Part shown: positions 24,321 through 37,039 of the stretch, in pieces | Layout of the letters: every line of letters begins with the position of its first letter | Numbering within the stretch: the first letter of the stretch is position 1 | NCBI GenBank assembly: GCA_012026655.1 | Contig: JAAILG010000916.1 | Location: 1-64,000 of the forward strand | Direction of reading: 5' to 3' | DNA length: 64,000 nt | Source: Hydrolagus affinis | Lineage: Eukaryota | Program-made: the position numbers and the translations under genes | Notes under the pieces: model-generated | The model's database searches: none | What the model was told of the DNA's origin: nothing | What the model saw: the letters and a program-made list of their open reading frames with translations, nothing else

Positions 24321-26250
24321 GAGGGTCTGAATTGCTGAGCTCAGTTTATATTTAGCCAGATTTCAACATGTTCAGTTGATTTATAGTGGTGTCATAGTTA
24401 CGGTTATCCATATTGCTGATTTTTACACTGTGTAATCCCTTTGACAGCTGTTAGTTTAATTAGCTAGGCAAATATAGAAACCATTCTGCAAAATATGAAA
24501 ATACTCCTGTTACTAAACTTAACTGATGATGCCTGAGTCTTCACTACTGAACTTTACTGAGTGTGCTTCATCGTTTGACTTCTCTATTCTGCCTTATTTC
24601 CTTTAGTTGGTTAAAAAAAAAAAAAAAAATCAATGCCTGGGAAAAAATACTTAACATTCCCCAGACATAACATATATTGTGATGCAGCTACAGTAGTTCT
24701 TTAAATTTGGATTTGCAAAGAAAAAATGGTGCTTAAAATTAAGAGAATCAAAAGTGAATAATTTCTGACGTTTGAAATAAAAGCTTGATAAATTTCTTTA
24801 ATTTTTCAAATGTACAGTTCTGTTGAAGTTGATTGCATTCTTTCTAATTAATTGAACCTCAGTGCAATAATAATATATCCCACAGTGCTAACTAAATAAT
24901 CACAGCAATCGCCTTTTAAACAGCATGTGAAATTGGTTAGTTGAGCTGGTTTCGCTCCAGTCAACAGTTTTGATCACCAATATTTTTAGACTGTATGATG
25001 GACAAAATCTACATCTAATAATCATTGGAAACAATCCAGGTTTAATTTATATTGCACCTGTTTTTGGTTGCATTAATATGGTGCTGACTCAATCTCAATG
25101 CTCAAGTCAAATCAAGAGAATGCAATCTGACTCTTGATCCAAGAAGTATTAGCATTTATCATGGTTAGCAATGTTAGAATTTCACTTAATGCCACACGGC
25201 CTGTATCAAAAACATTGAAAAAAAATTCCAACTTGTTTTCTCTAGGACACTGACTTGATATATTTTATCATGTTTCTCAAATTTTTAACAAATGGGTACA
25301 TTTACCAATTGAAAAAATTGGAAAAATAGGGCTTATCTTAAAAATAAGTGTCTGTTCTGGGAGAGCTCACGGGAAGCTGTCAAACATACAATAAATTAAT
25401 AGGATTAAGAGCTGCAGAGGCCAATATTTTTAAATGGATCAGTAAAAGTGTTAAGTATTGGAGATGTAACAAAAGTACTCTTGGAAACTACAAACTATAT
25501 CTATCTGAAAATAAGATTTAACTAAATTATAAATACAAGCAAAGCAATGGAAATATAAATTTGTAGTTATCGAAAAAGAAAATTGGAGAAGTAGAGAGAA
25601 ACTGTGAAGTATAACATTGCAGAGAACATCTCGAGACCAAATATAGGTTTTCAAATCTAAACATAGTTATCCTAGAGTGAAATGAAGTGCTAGCTCATTT
25701 AAAAAGAAATCAGCCAGAATTTAAGGCCATTGAAGTAGGCAAATTAAATAGTTACAGGCAGAAGAATTACCAGAAGTCAGTTATTGTCAAAGTCTAATTT
25801 TGAGGCAAAGAAAGGAGCTTCACAAGAACTTCCAGGAATGGTTAGAAAGCAAGTACATTAGCTCTTAAAGTATGTAACGACAAGTCTTAAAGATTGGTAT
25901 AGATTGCTGTTTTAACATTTGTGTACGATTGCTAAATTTGTGAGAGGTTTCTAGATTGAAAGTAAAACTCCATTGATTTGATTTTAGCCAACAACTTAAA
26001 TATTTCACATATTCTTCAGAGCATTTCAGTTCAGAATCATTGGTTTCTGATTGCTCTCTATATTAATGTGCCATGCCTAAGTCATTATTAAAGATTAGAT
26101 CCAGAATAGCTCCATACTTTGGTGGGTTTTTAACAAACTGTAAGCTGAATTCATTCTGAACCATCTTCAACTATAGATGTTCTAAAATTGTCATTATCTC
26201 CTGTGCAGTGTTCTCTAATCACCTATTGATATTCATTTTATCTCTTCAAG

Positions 26251-26400
26251 CTTTATAATGAAGAAATTCTTGACCTGTTTGATACAGTACGTGATCTTGA
26301 TGCAAGAAACAAAAAATCAAATATAAAGATCCATGAAGATGCAAATGGAGGCATTTACACTGTAGGAGTAACAACACGAACTATTAACTCAGAAGCTGAG
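26251..26400 (+). CDS. KIF21A: KIF21A exon 4 ([11 protein letters not shown]...TINSEAE)
   Basis: LYNE motif; caag acceptor, gtaaga donor; not in the ORF track. Confidence 0.95.
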
Positions 26401-26900
26401 GTAAGACTAACAGTAAAGGCAAATGCAACGTGTAATAACAATTCTAAACTATTTTTGCTATTTGTGTCTTTGATTCATCTGAACTAAAAGTTTGCCCACT
26501 CCACAGAGGAATATCAAAGGTCATTCTTATTGGAGATTTCTCAACTATCTAAACAAAATCACATGTGTGGTAAAAGCACACTAAAACCAAAACAAATGAG
26601 ATTGTAATGTTGCTGAAATGTTCTGACTAGATTTCAGAATTTGCCAGTCCAAATGAAAGCACATCAGTTGTGTAAATTTCATGTATCTTCTTGTGATATT
26701 TAAATGCATCTCGGTTTAAAAAAAAGGTTTGGCACTGTTCGGAGTAGTCACTCTTATGCCATTTTTACTGTACATTTATGTCAAATGCCTATCTGCAACA
26801 AAACTGCTGTATGTTTGTACACTTTGTTTTTCAATTCGATAGACGTATCCATTTAAGTTTAGCTGAGGATCTAATATGTTTTTTTTCGTATGTTTTGCAG

Positions 26901-27032
26901 ATGATGCAGTGCCTGAAGCTGGGTGCTCTGTGTCGTACCACTGCTAGTACACAAATGAATGTTCAGAGTTCTCGCTCTCATGCCATTTTTACCATCCATT
27001 TATGTCAAATGCGTGTCTGCGTCAAATCTGAT
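26901..27032 (+). CDS. KIF21A: KIF21A exon 5 (switch [12 protein letters not shown])
   Basis: SSRSH motif; tgcag acceptor, gtaagt donor. Confidence 0.95.
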
Positions 27033-27399
27033 GTAAGTTTCCAAATTGTTAGCGTTCAGATAGACCCATATACCTAAGACCAAAATAACCTGTTTAGCAA
27101 CCTAATATAAAAAAAATTAGTAGATTGCTGAGAAGTTTTAAGTTTTTTTTAATATACTGGAGTTTTCTGTGAAAACCTTTCAGTGTAGCCATCTAATTAC
27201 TGATAAACTGGCCGTGTTTGTTCCCCTACAGTATCCTGTTTTTTTGCTGAAAGATGCTGTATTTCTGGGTGTTCTGAAACATTTTTTTTCAATCCTTTTC
27301 AGTGTTGGCAGCTAAAAAATAATCCTTGCATTTGACAACCTTTCACAACGATTGAGCATCTCGAAGCTTAGCACAGTAAAAGCAACAGCCAGCTGGCAC

Positions 27400-27675
27400 A
27401 TAGCAATCCCCCTGTAAACAGAATAACCAGTTTTATTTGAATTACCGTTGACCAGAATACTGGGAGAAACTCCCTTCTCTTTTTTGAGTGGTGACATGGG
27501 ATGCTTAACATCCACCAGAACAAGGCAGGACCTTTTAACATTTCATCTGAAGAATGGCCCCTCAAACAATGCAGCTAAATCCCACCATGTTAGACTAGAC
27601 ACTCCAATTAAATTTAATGTGAGGCTTGAACCCATAACCTTCGTAAGTGCAATAAACTGAGCCAGGCTGACACAT
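27400..27675 (-). mobile_element. Older DeuSINE-type (SacSINE1/AmnSINE-like) copy
   Basis: gggagaaactcccttctct...catgggatgcttaacatccacc...cttgaacccataacctt...actgagcc resembles a reverse-complement Deu domain and tRNA head; related pieces at 36843-37000 (+) and 53170-53490 (+). Confidence 0.55.
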
Positions 27676-27963
27676 TCAGGGGAAACTTCTCATGTGTTCG
27701 TGACTTGTTAAAATGTCAGTTTTGTTAGCTGATAACAGTGACATCTTTTTAAAAGAAAGTCATTTTCAATTGTCAATGATGAAAATGTATTTCTGGATGA
27801 TATTTTATATTGTTTTCATGTAACTTATTTTAAAACCAGCTTTGTGTCCATCACAAAAAGTGCACAGTTGATACTTTTTCCAAACTACATGGGATTTTAG
27901 CCATTTTTATTTATGTATGTATAATTGGCTGAATGCGTAACCTTAATTCTGTTCTCATTGCAG

Positions 27964-28128
27964 GAGGAATTGGATAACAAAACAATTAGTGAATCGACGC
28001 AGATGAATGAGTTTGAAACTCTTACAGCCAAGTTCCATTTTGTTGACCTGGCAGGTTCAGAGAGGCTAAAACGCACAGGAGCCACCGGAGAGCGGGCAAA
28101 GGAAGGAATTTCCATCAACTGTGGTTTA
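27964..28128 (+). CDS. KIF21A: KIF21A exon 6 (switch [13 protein letters not shown])
   Basis: [52 protein letters not shown]; the loop sequence is KIF21A-like. Confidence 0.95.
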
Positions 28129-29609
28129 GTGAGTGCAGTACAAGTGGCATTTGTTCTGATTTTCCTCTTCACTAGACAAGAGCAGCAACGTCACTGTAAC
28201 AAACAAACACAAAACACCAAATGCAATGTTTCGTTGGCACTATTCACAGTACTGTAGAAACCCACAGCACAAAAGTAGGGCATTTGGTCTATTGTTTCAG
28301 TGCTGGCTTATTTACAGTTCCATTTAGCTGCCTTTACTCCTTTTTAGATATTTTCCTTGTTTGTAGACTTTTAGCGCCTATTGAAAGCTTATATGGTTTC
28401 TGTCTCAACCACCAGACACAGCAAGGCATTCCATATCTGTAACTTGATTGTGGTTTTCTTGGAGAGCAGCTTGTTTTATGAAAGTCATTTGGAGTCTCTG
28501 AATCAATGATTCTCCCTTCTTTCCCCATGAGACATCAAATTGTTATTCTTTAAACTAATAAATCTGCCCTAAACTGCAATCCTCCCTATGAGCCCTTAAG
28601 CCTCTGTGATCTTTAACCTTGGAAAGTTTCCAGTATTACACATTAAATACATGTCAGTTGATCAACACTATTTGTGCTGGTATAATGGAAGCTCTGTGCC
28701 AGTGAAAGTCGTGTAGTTTCATCTCACTCAAGGTTGCTGTTTGTTCCTCCACATAAAGCCTCACTTGAAAGATGCTTCCTTATATTAATGTATGTAAAGC
28801 ATTATCCTATCATACAAATTGGACTAAACCAAGAGCCACTTGTATCATATTCTCCCTGAATGTTAGGTAATTTAATATCTAAGCAATATTTTCTATGGTT
28901 GGCAGATTATATTCCACACAGCTTCAAAATGCTTTTGAGAAATCCTAAAGAACAATAAAAGGAACATTTTCCATTCCACGACTATGTTTAATGTAGTGGA
29001 ATGGAACCTTTTTCATTCCACTACATTAAACTTGTATTAATAGAAAAGTTTAGACAGACTGGTATGTGGATTAGCTAACAACATTAACAAACTTTTAGTC
29101 CTGACCTTGAAGCTACGGTTCAAGTCATTTTGGCACATCATTCCTGAGGGATCTGAGTTTTTTTTTCTTTGCAATGGCTTTTCTTTTCTGCCTCTTCAGT
29201 TTTATTTGATATATTATGGTGAGGATGATGTGAAAAATGAAGGAAAAAAAGTCTAACTTTAAACCAAAGATTCTCCACCAAGCTGCCTATGTTCCTTCAC
29301 AAGCTGTTGAAGAGAATGCAGGTATCTTACAGTGAGAGCAAGCTATTTGTGCAGCCTTCCATGGTGTGCATTCAGTATAAAAAGTGCTTGTATCACGTGT
29401 TTGATCTTCCAGCATTAACGGAAGCAGTAAACCTTGATCAATACTGTAGGATGCCACAAGACAACAAAACAAAAGGACACAGGTTTAGAGTGTCTGAGTG
29501 AACTGTCCATTCAATCCTCTGTCCCCTTCCCTCTAGACCCTTCCACTCACTGTGTTCAACAGAATTTCAGAGTTTGAAGATTTTCAGTGAAAACCTTTCT
29601 TTTGTGAAG

Positions 29610-29995
29610 GAATTATTACCCTAGAAAAAGTGATCTTGCTAGTGTTAATCGACTAATAATTGGGTTCCTACTTAATGCTGGGTAAACAGAGGTGCATTGA
29701 GTAAGGAAACTTGCCCACCGTTTTGCCTTGCAAGGAATGAGGCCCAGGTTTCACACTTGCAAGGGGAATGCACTAACCACTGAGCTACAGGACTCCATTG
29801 TAGCTCACTGTATTAATCATGCAGTGAAGGAATGCTCAACATATGGAACATTAATATTTGTGCAAAAATAATATAACCCTTGCATTTGGTATCATCCCCT
29901 ATCATGTCAGAGATTTCTCAAAACATTTCCCATGATATACTCTCAAGCGGTTAGACCGCATATACTTTGTGGGCAAACAAGGCAGCAAGTTGTCA
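29610..29995 (-). mobile_element. SINE fragments (long-variant head 29610-29797; tail 29870-29995)
   Basis: gcactaaccactgagctacaggactcc is the reverse complement of the tRNA head. Confidence 0.7.
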
Positions 29996-30053
29996 ATGTA
30001 CCTTGATACTTTTTGTTTAAATTGCTGATCTTCTTTTCATACTCCCCTTCCAG

Positions 30054-30169
30054 TTAGCACTTGGAAATGTCATAAGTGCACTTGGAGATAAAAGTAAGCG
30101 AGCTACTCATGTGCCTTATAGAGACTCCAAACTAACACGATTACTGCAAGATTCCTTGGGAGGCAATAG
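30054..30169 (+). CDS. KIF21A: KIF21A exon 7 ([11 protein letters not shown]...[20 protein letters not shown])
   Basis: Kinesin microtubule-binding motif [11 protein letters not shown]; AG/GT ends. Confidence 0.95.
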
Positions 30170-30285
30170 GTATGTATTATTGAGGAATAATAATTGTTGA
30201 TCAAACAAAATTGCAGATCATGTCTTTTAAAAAGTGCAAGACCTTTTTGATTATTTTCTTGCTAAATTTCCTGATGCTAGTTATT

Positions 30286-30810
30286 AAGAACATAAGAACA
30301 AATTAGGAGCAGGAGTAGGCCATTCGGCCCTTCGCGCCTCCCCCGCCATTCAATAAGATCATGGCTGATCTTCTGACCTAACTCTGATTACCTGCCCTAT
30401 CCCCATATCCCCTAATCCCTCTATTTTTCAAAAATCTATCAGTCTCAGCCTTGAAAATGTTCAAGGGCTGAGCATCTACAGCCTTCTGGGGTAGTGAATT
30501 CCATAAATTCACTACCCTCTGAGTGAAGAAATGTTTCCTCAACTCTGTTCTAAAAGGCTNNNNNNNNNNNNNNNNNNNNNNNNNNNNNNNNNNNNNNNNN
30601 NNNNNNNNNNNNNNNNNNNNNNNNNNNNNNNNNNNNNNNNNNNNNNNNNNNNNNNNNNNCTAACCTAGTGAATCTACGCTGCATCCCCTCTAAGGCAAGT
30701 ATGTCCTTTTTTAAATAAGGAGACCAAAACTGCACACAATACTCTAGGTGCGGTCTCACCAGAGCCCTATACAGTTGCAGCAAGACTTCCCTAAGCTTAT
30801 ACTCTAAACC
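30286..30810 (-). mobile_element. CR1 LINE 3' fragment spanning the assembly gap
   Basis: taagaacataagaac tail; minus [41 protein letters not shown] typical of CR1 ORF2. Confidence 0.9.
30560..30659. other. Assembly gap (100 N)
   Basis: Run of N. Confidence 1.
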
Positions 30811-31477
30811 TTTAAATTGTTAAATTATTATATATGACCTTTTACTTAAAAGAGATCTCAAATTGAATTTTTAGGGTTGTGCATTGAGGAGCATGAGTCC
30901 GCTTTGTGAGAAATGTCATTACTGAGGAAGGGAATGCTTTTACACTGAAATTCTTGTGAATGAGAAGAAAGTAACATTGAAGATAATTTTCAAATAGGAT
31001 TGCTCCCATTATAATCGGAGATCAGCGAAGCTGAATTTCAGCCCTTGGGTGTTAGCTTCAGTTTATGACGGCATATATAATCACCTAAAAGTCATGTTCT
31101 CTTTCTGATATCATATTCAGGGCTTCCAGTTACTGTACTTGTATTTATTGATATATTGTTGTGAAATACAAGCAATTTCAGTGTTGTTCATTTGTACCCT
31201 TTGGCCATTGAATTTAAATTGCTCAAAACAGTTTTACCTATAAGCAACTAAGAAAGGAAACTTCATCCAATCTGTCTACTTGTTCAAACACATGTCCCAG
31301 GGATGGAAGAACATTACTATTCTCCTGTTTAATGCTAGCTTCTAATTCATAAAAACAAGTGGATCATCAGGCTAGTTTTAAAAAAAAGTAATTATTGACT
31401 ATTTTAACAGTTTATACAGGAATAAAATATTTTAAAAGGGAATTATGTCTTCAAGAAAGTAAAGCTCTGTTGCTATA

Positions 31478-31822
31478 ATAAATAGTCCTTGCATTTGATA
31501 TAGCATCTTATCACATCCTTTGAAGCACTCAAAGTGCTTCACAAAATATTTTGGAAAGTGAATTGACTGTATATTTTGTGGGCGAAACACGACAGTCAAT
31601 TGCACACAGCAGTGTCCCTCATACAGTTATGGATTGAGTGACCACATTTATTTTGTAGGATTATTACCCCTGGAATGCGATCCACCTATCAAGTAACAAC
31701 CGGGTTTCTACTTACTGCTAGGTAAACTGAGGTGTGTAGAGTAAGGAAACTTGCCTAAGATTTCAACCTGCCCAGGAGTTGAACCTGGGTTCTCTTGCTT
31801 GTGAGGCGTGTGCTCTAACCAA
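31478..31822 (-). mobile_element. Near full-length SINE, long variant
   Basis: Reverse complement shows head, body with cctagcagtaagtag segment, and tail. Confidence 0.8.
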
Positions 31823-32117
31823 TGTATGAGAATAATCTTGATTGTTTTTTCTTTAATTTCAATCAATCAATCAAAACTTACATTTATGTAGCGCCTTTCA
31901 CGTCGAGAGGACGTCCCAACTATTTGTTTAGTAACTTTTAGATTGGTTGACCTATCTATTTCATGCTTGCAACTGTCAATGAATAAAATTAACAACAACT
32001 TACATTTATATAATGACTTTCACGCTGGATGGTATTGGAGCACTTAAGAGTATGTCTATGATTTGATAATTTGTGTTGGGGTGAGCTTTGTTACTGAACC
32101 TTTGTTTATCTTCATAG

Positions 32118-32313
32118 CCAAACATTTATGATCGCTTGCATCAGTCCATCGGATCGAGATTTCATGGAAACTTTGAACACACTAAAGTATGCAAACCGTG
32201 CACGAAACATTAAGAACAAAGTAATGGTGAACCAGGACAAAGCAAGCCAGCAGATCAGTTTGCTGAGGGGTGAGATAGCACGTCTACAGATGGAACTTAC
32301 AGAATACAAGACG
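32118..32313 (+). CDS. KIF21A: KIF21A exon 8 ([30 protein letters not shown]...)
   Basis: End of motor domain and neck; AG/GT ends. Confidence 0.95.
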
Positions 32314-32837
32314 GTAAGAGAATGTATGGAAAATGGGAAAGGAATTTGGTAATCCAGAGAAAATAATATTTACAGAGTCTCACATAGACACATTGTCACA
32401 TACTCACTCTCTCACACACACACACAACATATGCAATGCAGAGATATTTTATTCTCCCTACTCTCCTTTATTCTCCCCATTCTCTGACACAATGATAAAA
32501 TCCAGAAATGTCCAGTGCTGTCCTCCCATATCCAGCAGTACCTGGCGGATCAACTATTCATATATCTACTGCCAATGTTTCAAACTAAAATAAAATACAG
32601 CAGCAATAAAGTGAGAAATTAATTCAGTGAAAGACTTTCGTGGTTTGTATTGAAGCATTTCACAATCTGATGACCAAATCTCTCAGGTCAATCAAATACC
32701 AAGATTTTTGCACTATACCACTACACCACAATACCACTATTTTTGCACTCTTGTGCAACCTGCCAACAACACCTGAAGGAGACATACCAGTGGGAACGAG
32801 CTTCCTAGCTGAAGACGAACATGGGAACATTTTATAT

Positions 32838-33015
32838 AATAATAATAATCCTTGCATTTAATTACAGCGCTTTTCACGTCTTCCAGACATCTCAAAGCGC
32901 TTCACGGACTATACTGTAAAGTAAATAGACTGTATATTTGTGGGCGAAACGCAGCAGCCAATTGCGCACAGCAGTGTCCCACCTACAGTTGTGGATTGAA
33001 ATGACCAATTTTTTT
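32838..33015 (-). mobile_element. SINE 3' half
   Basis: Reverse complement of the SINE tail and body. Confidence 0.8.
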
Positions 33016-33364
33016 TAACAAAGCTACCAGTCGACCCGTAGCCGCAATTTGGCCAAAGGCATGATATGACTGACCAGTTTTTAAAAACTAATATTCCTTG
33101 CATATGATACAGTGCTTTATAACAACACCAAAATTACATTTGTATAGCGCCTTTCACTTCAGGAGGATGTCCCTTGGAGGTGTCTCAGAGTAATTATATG
33201 TATGGTGACTGTACATTTTGTTTTATGCTTGTTATTGATCCCATATGTACCACTGGACATGGTTAGCCATTCCTGGACACACTTGATGCAGAACATCATT
33301 ATTCAAGGGCAAGATTTCTAGTGTTTACATTTCTAGGTTAATTGTTAATTTCTAGGTTAATTTC

Positions 33365-33620
33365 TGCTCCCACCCTTTGGAACTCCATCCCTCAATCCCT
33401 CCGCCTTGTTTCCTCTCTTTCCTCTTTCAAGGCCGGTTTGAAGACTTTCCTTTTTGACCGTGCCTTCTGTTCCCCCCCTAATTTTTCGACCTCCCCCATG
33501 TTTTTTTACCCCTTCCCGAACACTCCCCTCCCAGCTCGGGTCACACGCCTCCTGTGCAGCGCCTTGGGACGTCCTCCCGACGTGAAAGGCGCTCTATAAG
33601 TGCAATTTGTTGTTGTTGTA
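33365..33620 (+). mobile_element. L2 3' end
   Basis: SAPTLWNSIPQSLRLVSSLSSFKAGLKTFLF followed by tail gcgccttgggacgtcctcccgacgtgaaaggcgct...(gtt)n. Confidence 0.85.
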
Positions 33621-33800
33621 GTTTCAATGAGAGAATGCAGCCACCTGGCTTCTTACCGTTAAGTTAATGATCAATTCCAAGTATTTAATTATATCTTCTA
33701 ACTATTAAGCTTTTCTTAATATTACTTTAAGCACTCTCAAATTCAACATACAGTTAAAAGTATCAACTAATTATTAATGTGAACATTACACATTCTTTAG

Positions 33801-33990
33801 GGTAAGCGAATCATAGGTGAAGATGGTATGGAGAGTATCAATGACATGTTTCACGAAAATGGCATGCTACAAACAGAAAATACTAATCTACGGATGAGGA
33901 TTAAAGCTATGCAAGAAACCACAGAGTCATTGAGGGCAAGAATAACGCAACTGCTGAGCGAACAGGTCAACCAAGTTCTTGCAAAAGCAG
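33801..33990 (+). CDS. KIF21A: KIF21A exon 9 ([20 protein letters not shown]...)
   Basis: Coiled-coil stalk; ttag acceptor, gtaagg donor. Confidence 0.93.
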
Positions 33991-34883
33991 GTAAGGAAAT
34001 TTCAAAGTAAGACATTCTTTTTGATGTAAATTGAGATCACTGTGTAATATGTTGAAGAAAATGTTTAACATTTCAATGTTATACTTGTTCAGGTAGTAGA
34101 CTGAGAGAGTCTGACATATAAAGAAAGCTATGGGACTATAACAACTACAAATTACATTTGATCAGCTCCTTTCACAGGGGAAAGATGTCCCAAGGCTCTT
34201 GGCAGTCAGGGAATTGCTTCTTAAACATTAAGATTTGATTCAAATTTTTCCTACGATGCATTTTATAATTTCAGGATGGGTCCTCTGGTTTACATCCTCC
34301 GGCTTAAATCTGCTGTTGGCCATGGTGCATTCCATTCTAACAATCTATTTCTGGAATGTCCATGAGTAGGTGGGATACATGGAATTCTCTTGTTTAGTTT
34401 GGATTTACGTAAGCACGGTGACGGATTTTTTTTTGCAAGTGTTAGACACCTGGCTGACCAAAGACAAACCAGAATACTGAGAGTTCCATGTATGTAGGAT
34501 TTTGTCTGGTGTAAATTATGTTCTGCTGGTCAGCCAGGTGATAAGCAGTGAGTTTCCATCAGGAAGAGATATCCATCAGGAAACGCTCTGCTCATCACCT
34601 GGCTGACTAGAATACAAGTACAGTATCTAATCAAAGAGTTTCAAGTGCATCTTGACCACATCCAAGATCTGAGCACACCAGAGTGCATCAACGTGATACT
34701 AGAGTTAATCAACTAAAAGTGCCATTGCAAGTTTTCTGTTAGTTATGATAATATATAGGAAATGAGACCTTATTAAAGTGAGTCTGAGAACTAGAACGAG
34801 AAAAGGATTTTTATCATGGCTTACTGTAATTTACATGAACAGATTATATTCTTTTAAACGTATTGAATTTTCATGAATTACAG

Positions 34884-34947
34884 GAGATGGAAATGAAGAA
34901 ATTAGTGCAATGATTCAGAAATATATCCAAGAGGTTGAAGATCTCCG
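34884..34947 (+). CDS. KIF21A: KIF21A exon 10 (GDGNEEISAMIQKYIQEVEDLR)
   Basis: Phase 1 to 2; matches the KIF21 GEGNEEI motif. Confidence 0.92.
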
Positions 34948-35735
34948 GTAAATTGATGTTTTGTTTAACTTGTATATTAATCACAAATTTTCATAATATG
35001 ACTTGGATCCAATAGATCTAATAATAATGTAATTTCATTTTAAATTTTAAAAAAAGCTTCTCATACGGCTCACATTGTTGTTGAGGTATTGTCTAAATCA
35101 AGATATGGAAGAATAATGGAACTGCAGAAACTAAATGATGGAATGTTTTTATGCAAACATCCAATTTTCTTCGCAATTCAGTAAGATCACATCAGTGATG
35201 AGAAGTTTTTTTTAACATAATTTAAGGAGAATAATTAACATTCAAGAAGATCTGGGGTAATTAAACAGAAGGGCTGTGGAGTGGCAGATGAATTATAATC
35301 AGTGAATTGTAGACAAATCACAAGATAATGCATATTGGGAACCTTAGACATGTACAATATATGAGCGATATCCATTAGTTAAGATGCAATGCGATGACCC
35401 TTGCAACGATAACCTTGTTTTCATTAACAGAATAATTGGAGAGGCAAAGAGAGATATGATCCATGTCTTCAAATATATGTATACCTTTCTTATGTGGTAT
35501 GGAATGCTACTTAAATAATAAGTCAAATTCAACCAATACAAATTTCAACAAATTTTGCTTGTGATCTATAGAAACAAATTTTTAGTTTAGCGAAATTTGT
35601 GCAAATATAGCCAATTGAGTAGGTATCAATTTACAAGTCTAAATGTAGAAAATTTAATTATGCTTGCTCCTAATTTAAATTTGTGAATTTCTGTTTGACA
35701 CAAAAATGTACTGTTATGAAAAGTCATCTGACATT

Positions 35736-36060
35736 GTGGAGTCCTGTAGCCTAGTGGTTAAAAGTACTCGCCTTGCAAGCGAGGACCTAAGTTTGATTCC
35801 TGAGTAGGGAAAAACATTAGGCAAGTTTCTCACTCCATGCTCCTCTCTTTAGCCATCAGTAAGTAGGAACCTTGTTGTTGGGCAATTGTTGGATCCCTTT
35901 TCCTGGGGTAATAAACCCTCCTAAATACAGTAAAATATCATAAAAATTTGATCACTCATTCCACTACTGTTTGTGGGACATTGCTGTGTGAAATTGGCTG
36001 CTGCATTTCACCCTCAAAAATATACAATTAATTGACTTTATAGTATATTCTGTATATTAC
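35736..36060 (+). mobile_element. SINE, long variant
   Basis: gtggagtcctgtagcctagtggtt head, body, truncated tail. Confidence 0.8.
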
Positions 36061-36147
36061 AGTGTACTCTTATATAGCATTTTTATCAACATTGTCTGTG
36101 CTCTTCAAACCTTCAGTAAACCTCTAACTAGATATTTACATTTTTAG

Positions 36148-36357
36148 AATTAAATTGTACGAGAGTGAAGCAATGAATGAAAACCTTCGGCATAACCTTT
36201 CAAGAGCCTCAGCTCGATCTCCATACCTGGGGGGCACTTCCACTTTATCCTTCGCTGGGTCAGTTCTTAGTCACGAAAAAGAAGTTATGGATGTCTTGGA
36301 GGTGGCTAAAAAGGATTTAGAAAGACTGAAGAAAAAGGAAAAGAGAAAAAAGAAAAG
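36148..36357 (+). CDS. KIF21A: KIF21A exon 11 ([13 protein letters not shown]...KKKEKRKKK)
   Basis: Phase 2 to 2; AG/GT ends. Confidence 0.92.
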
Positions 36358-36482
36358 GTAAGATTGATATTTTTATAAAATTGCAATGTATCTGAGCTAC
36401 AAAACTGATGAGCAAACTTCTGCCTCAGAGTTGAGTACTGTGAACCTCATTTACATCATACCAGCTGGGACAAAATATTTAG

Positions 36483-36580
36483 CAAAAACAGGATTTGCTG
36501 TGAACACTTAGCAGACCAGGCAGCATCTGTGGAGAAAGGAAAATGAGTGAACGGTTTGGGTCCACGAACCTTCCATCAGT
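36483..36580 (-). mobile_element. Penelope-like terminal-repeat fragment (inverted partner at 37484-37570)
   Basis: Reverse complement ctgatggaagg...ttctccacagatgctgcctggtctgctaagtg aligns with ctgacgaaggg...ttctccgtagatgctgcctgacctgttgagtg; family assignment from memory. Confidence 0.55.
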
Positions 36581-37039
36581 TGTGTAGCCTTATACTGTAC
36601 ACAGCTCTCAGTTGGTCAGTGCTATCAATGAAAGCAGGCAAGTAAGCCTATAGCCAGGAGGTTGTGCTCCAGTCATTTCATAAATGCGCGCATTTCACAT
36701 TCATATCACGTGGTCACTTGTCCTTTTGGCTCTCCACGTGATCCAGCATTCCCCACACCCTCGCTCACCACGTGATCAGGTGACGCTGTTTCCTCTTATC
36801 AGCCCCCCTGGCACCTATTAATTTATGAATGAAGCCAACAACCAGGCTCAGTTGGTAGCACTCTCGTCTCCCAAGTTGAACGCTTGTGTCAAGCTCCTTG
36901 TCAGGACATTGAACACAATCTAGGCTGACAGTCCGGTATAATTGTTGGTAACTACATTGTTTGAGATGTCGTCTTTCGAATAAGATGTTAAACTAGGTCC
37001 TGTGAAATTGCATTAATTTGTGTTTTGTATATTTTTTAG

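Noticed and set aside
33799-33807. Recursive-splice-like AG-G-GTAAG at the start of exon 9
   Set aside because: The GT is offset by one base from the AG and the sequence is explained by conserved Gly-Lys codons.
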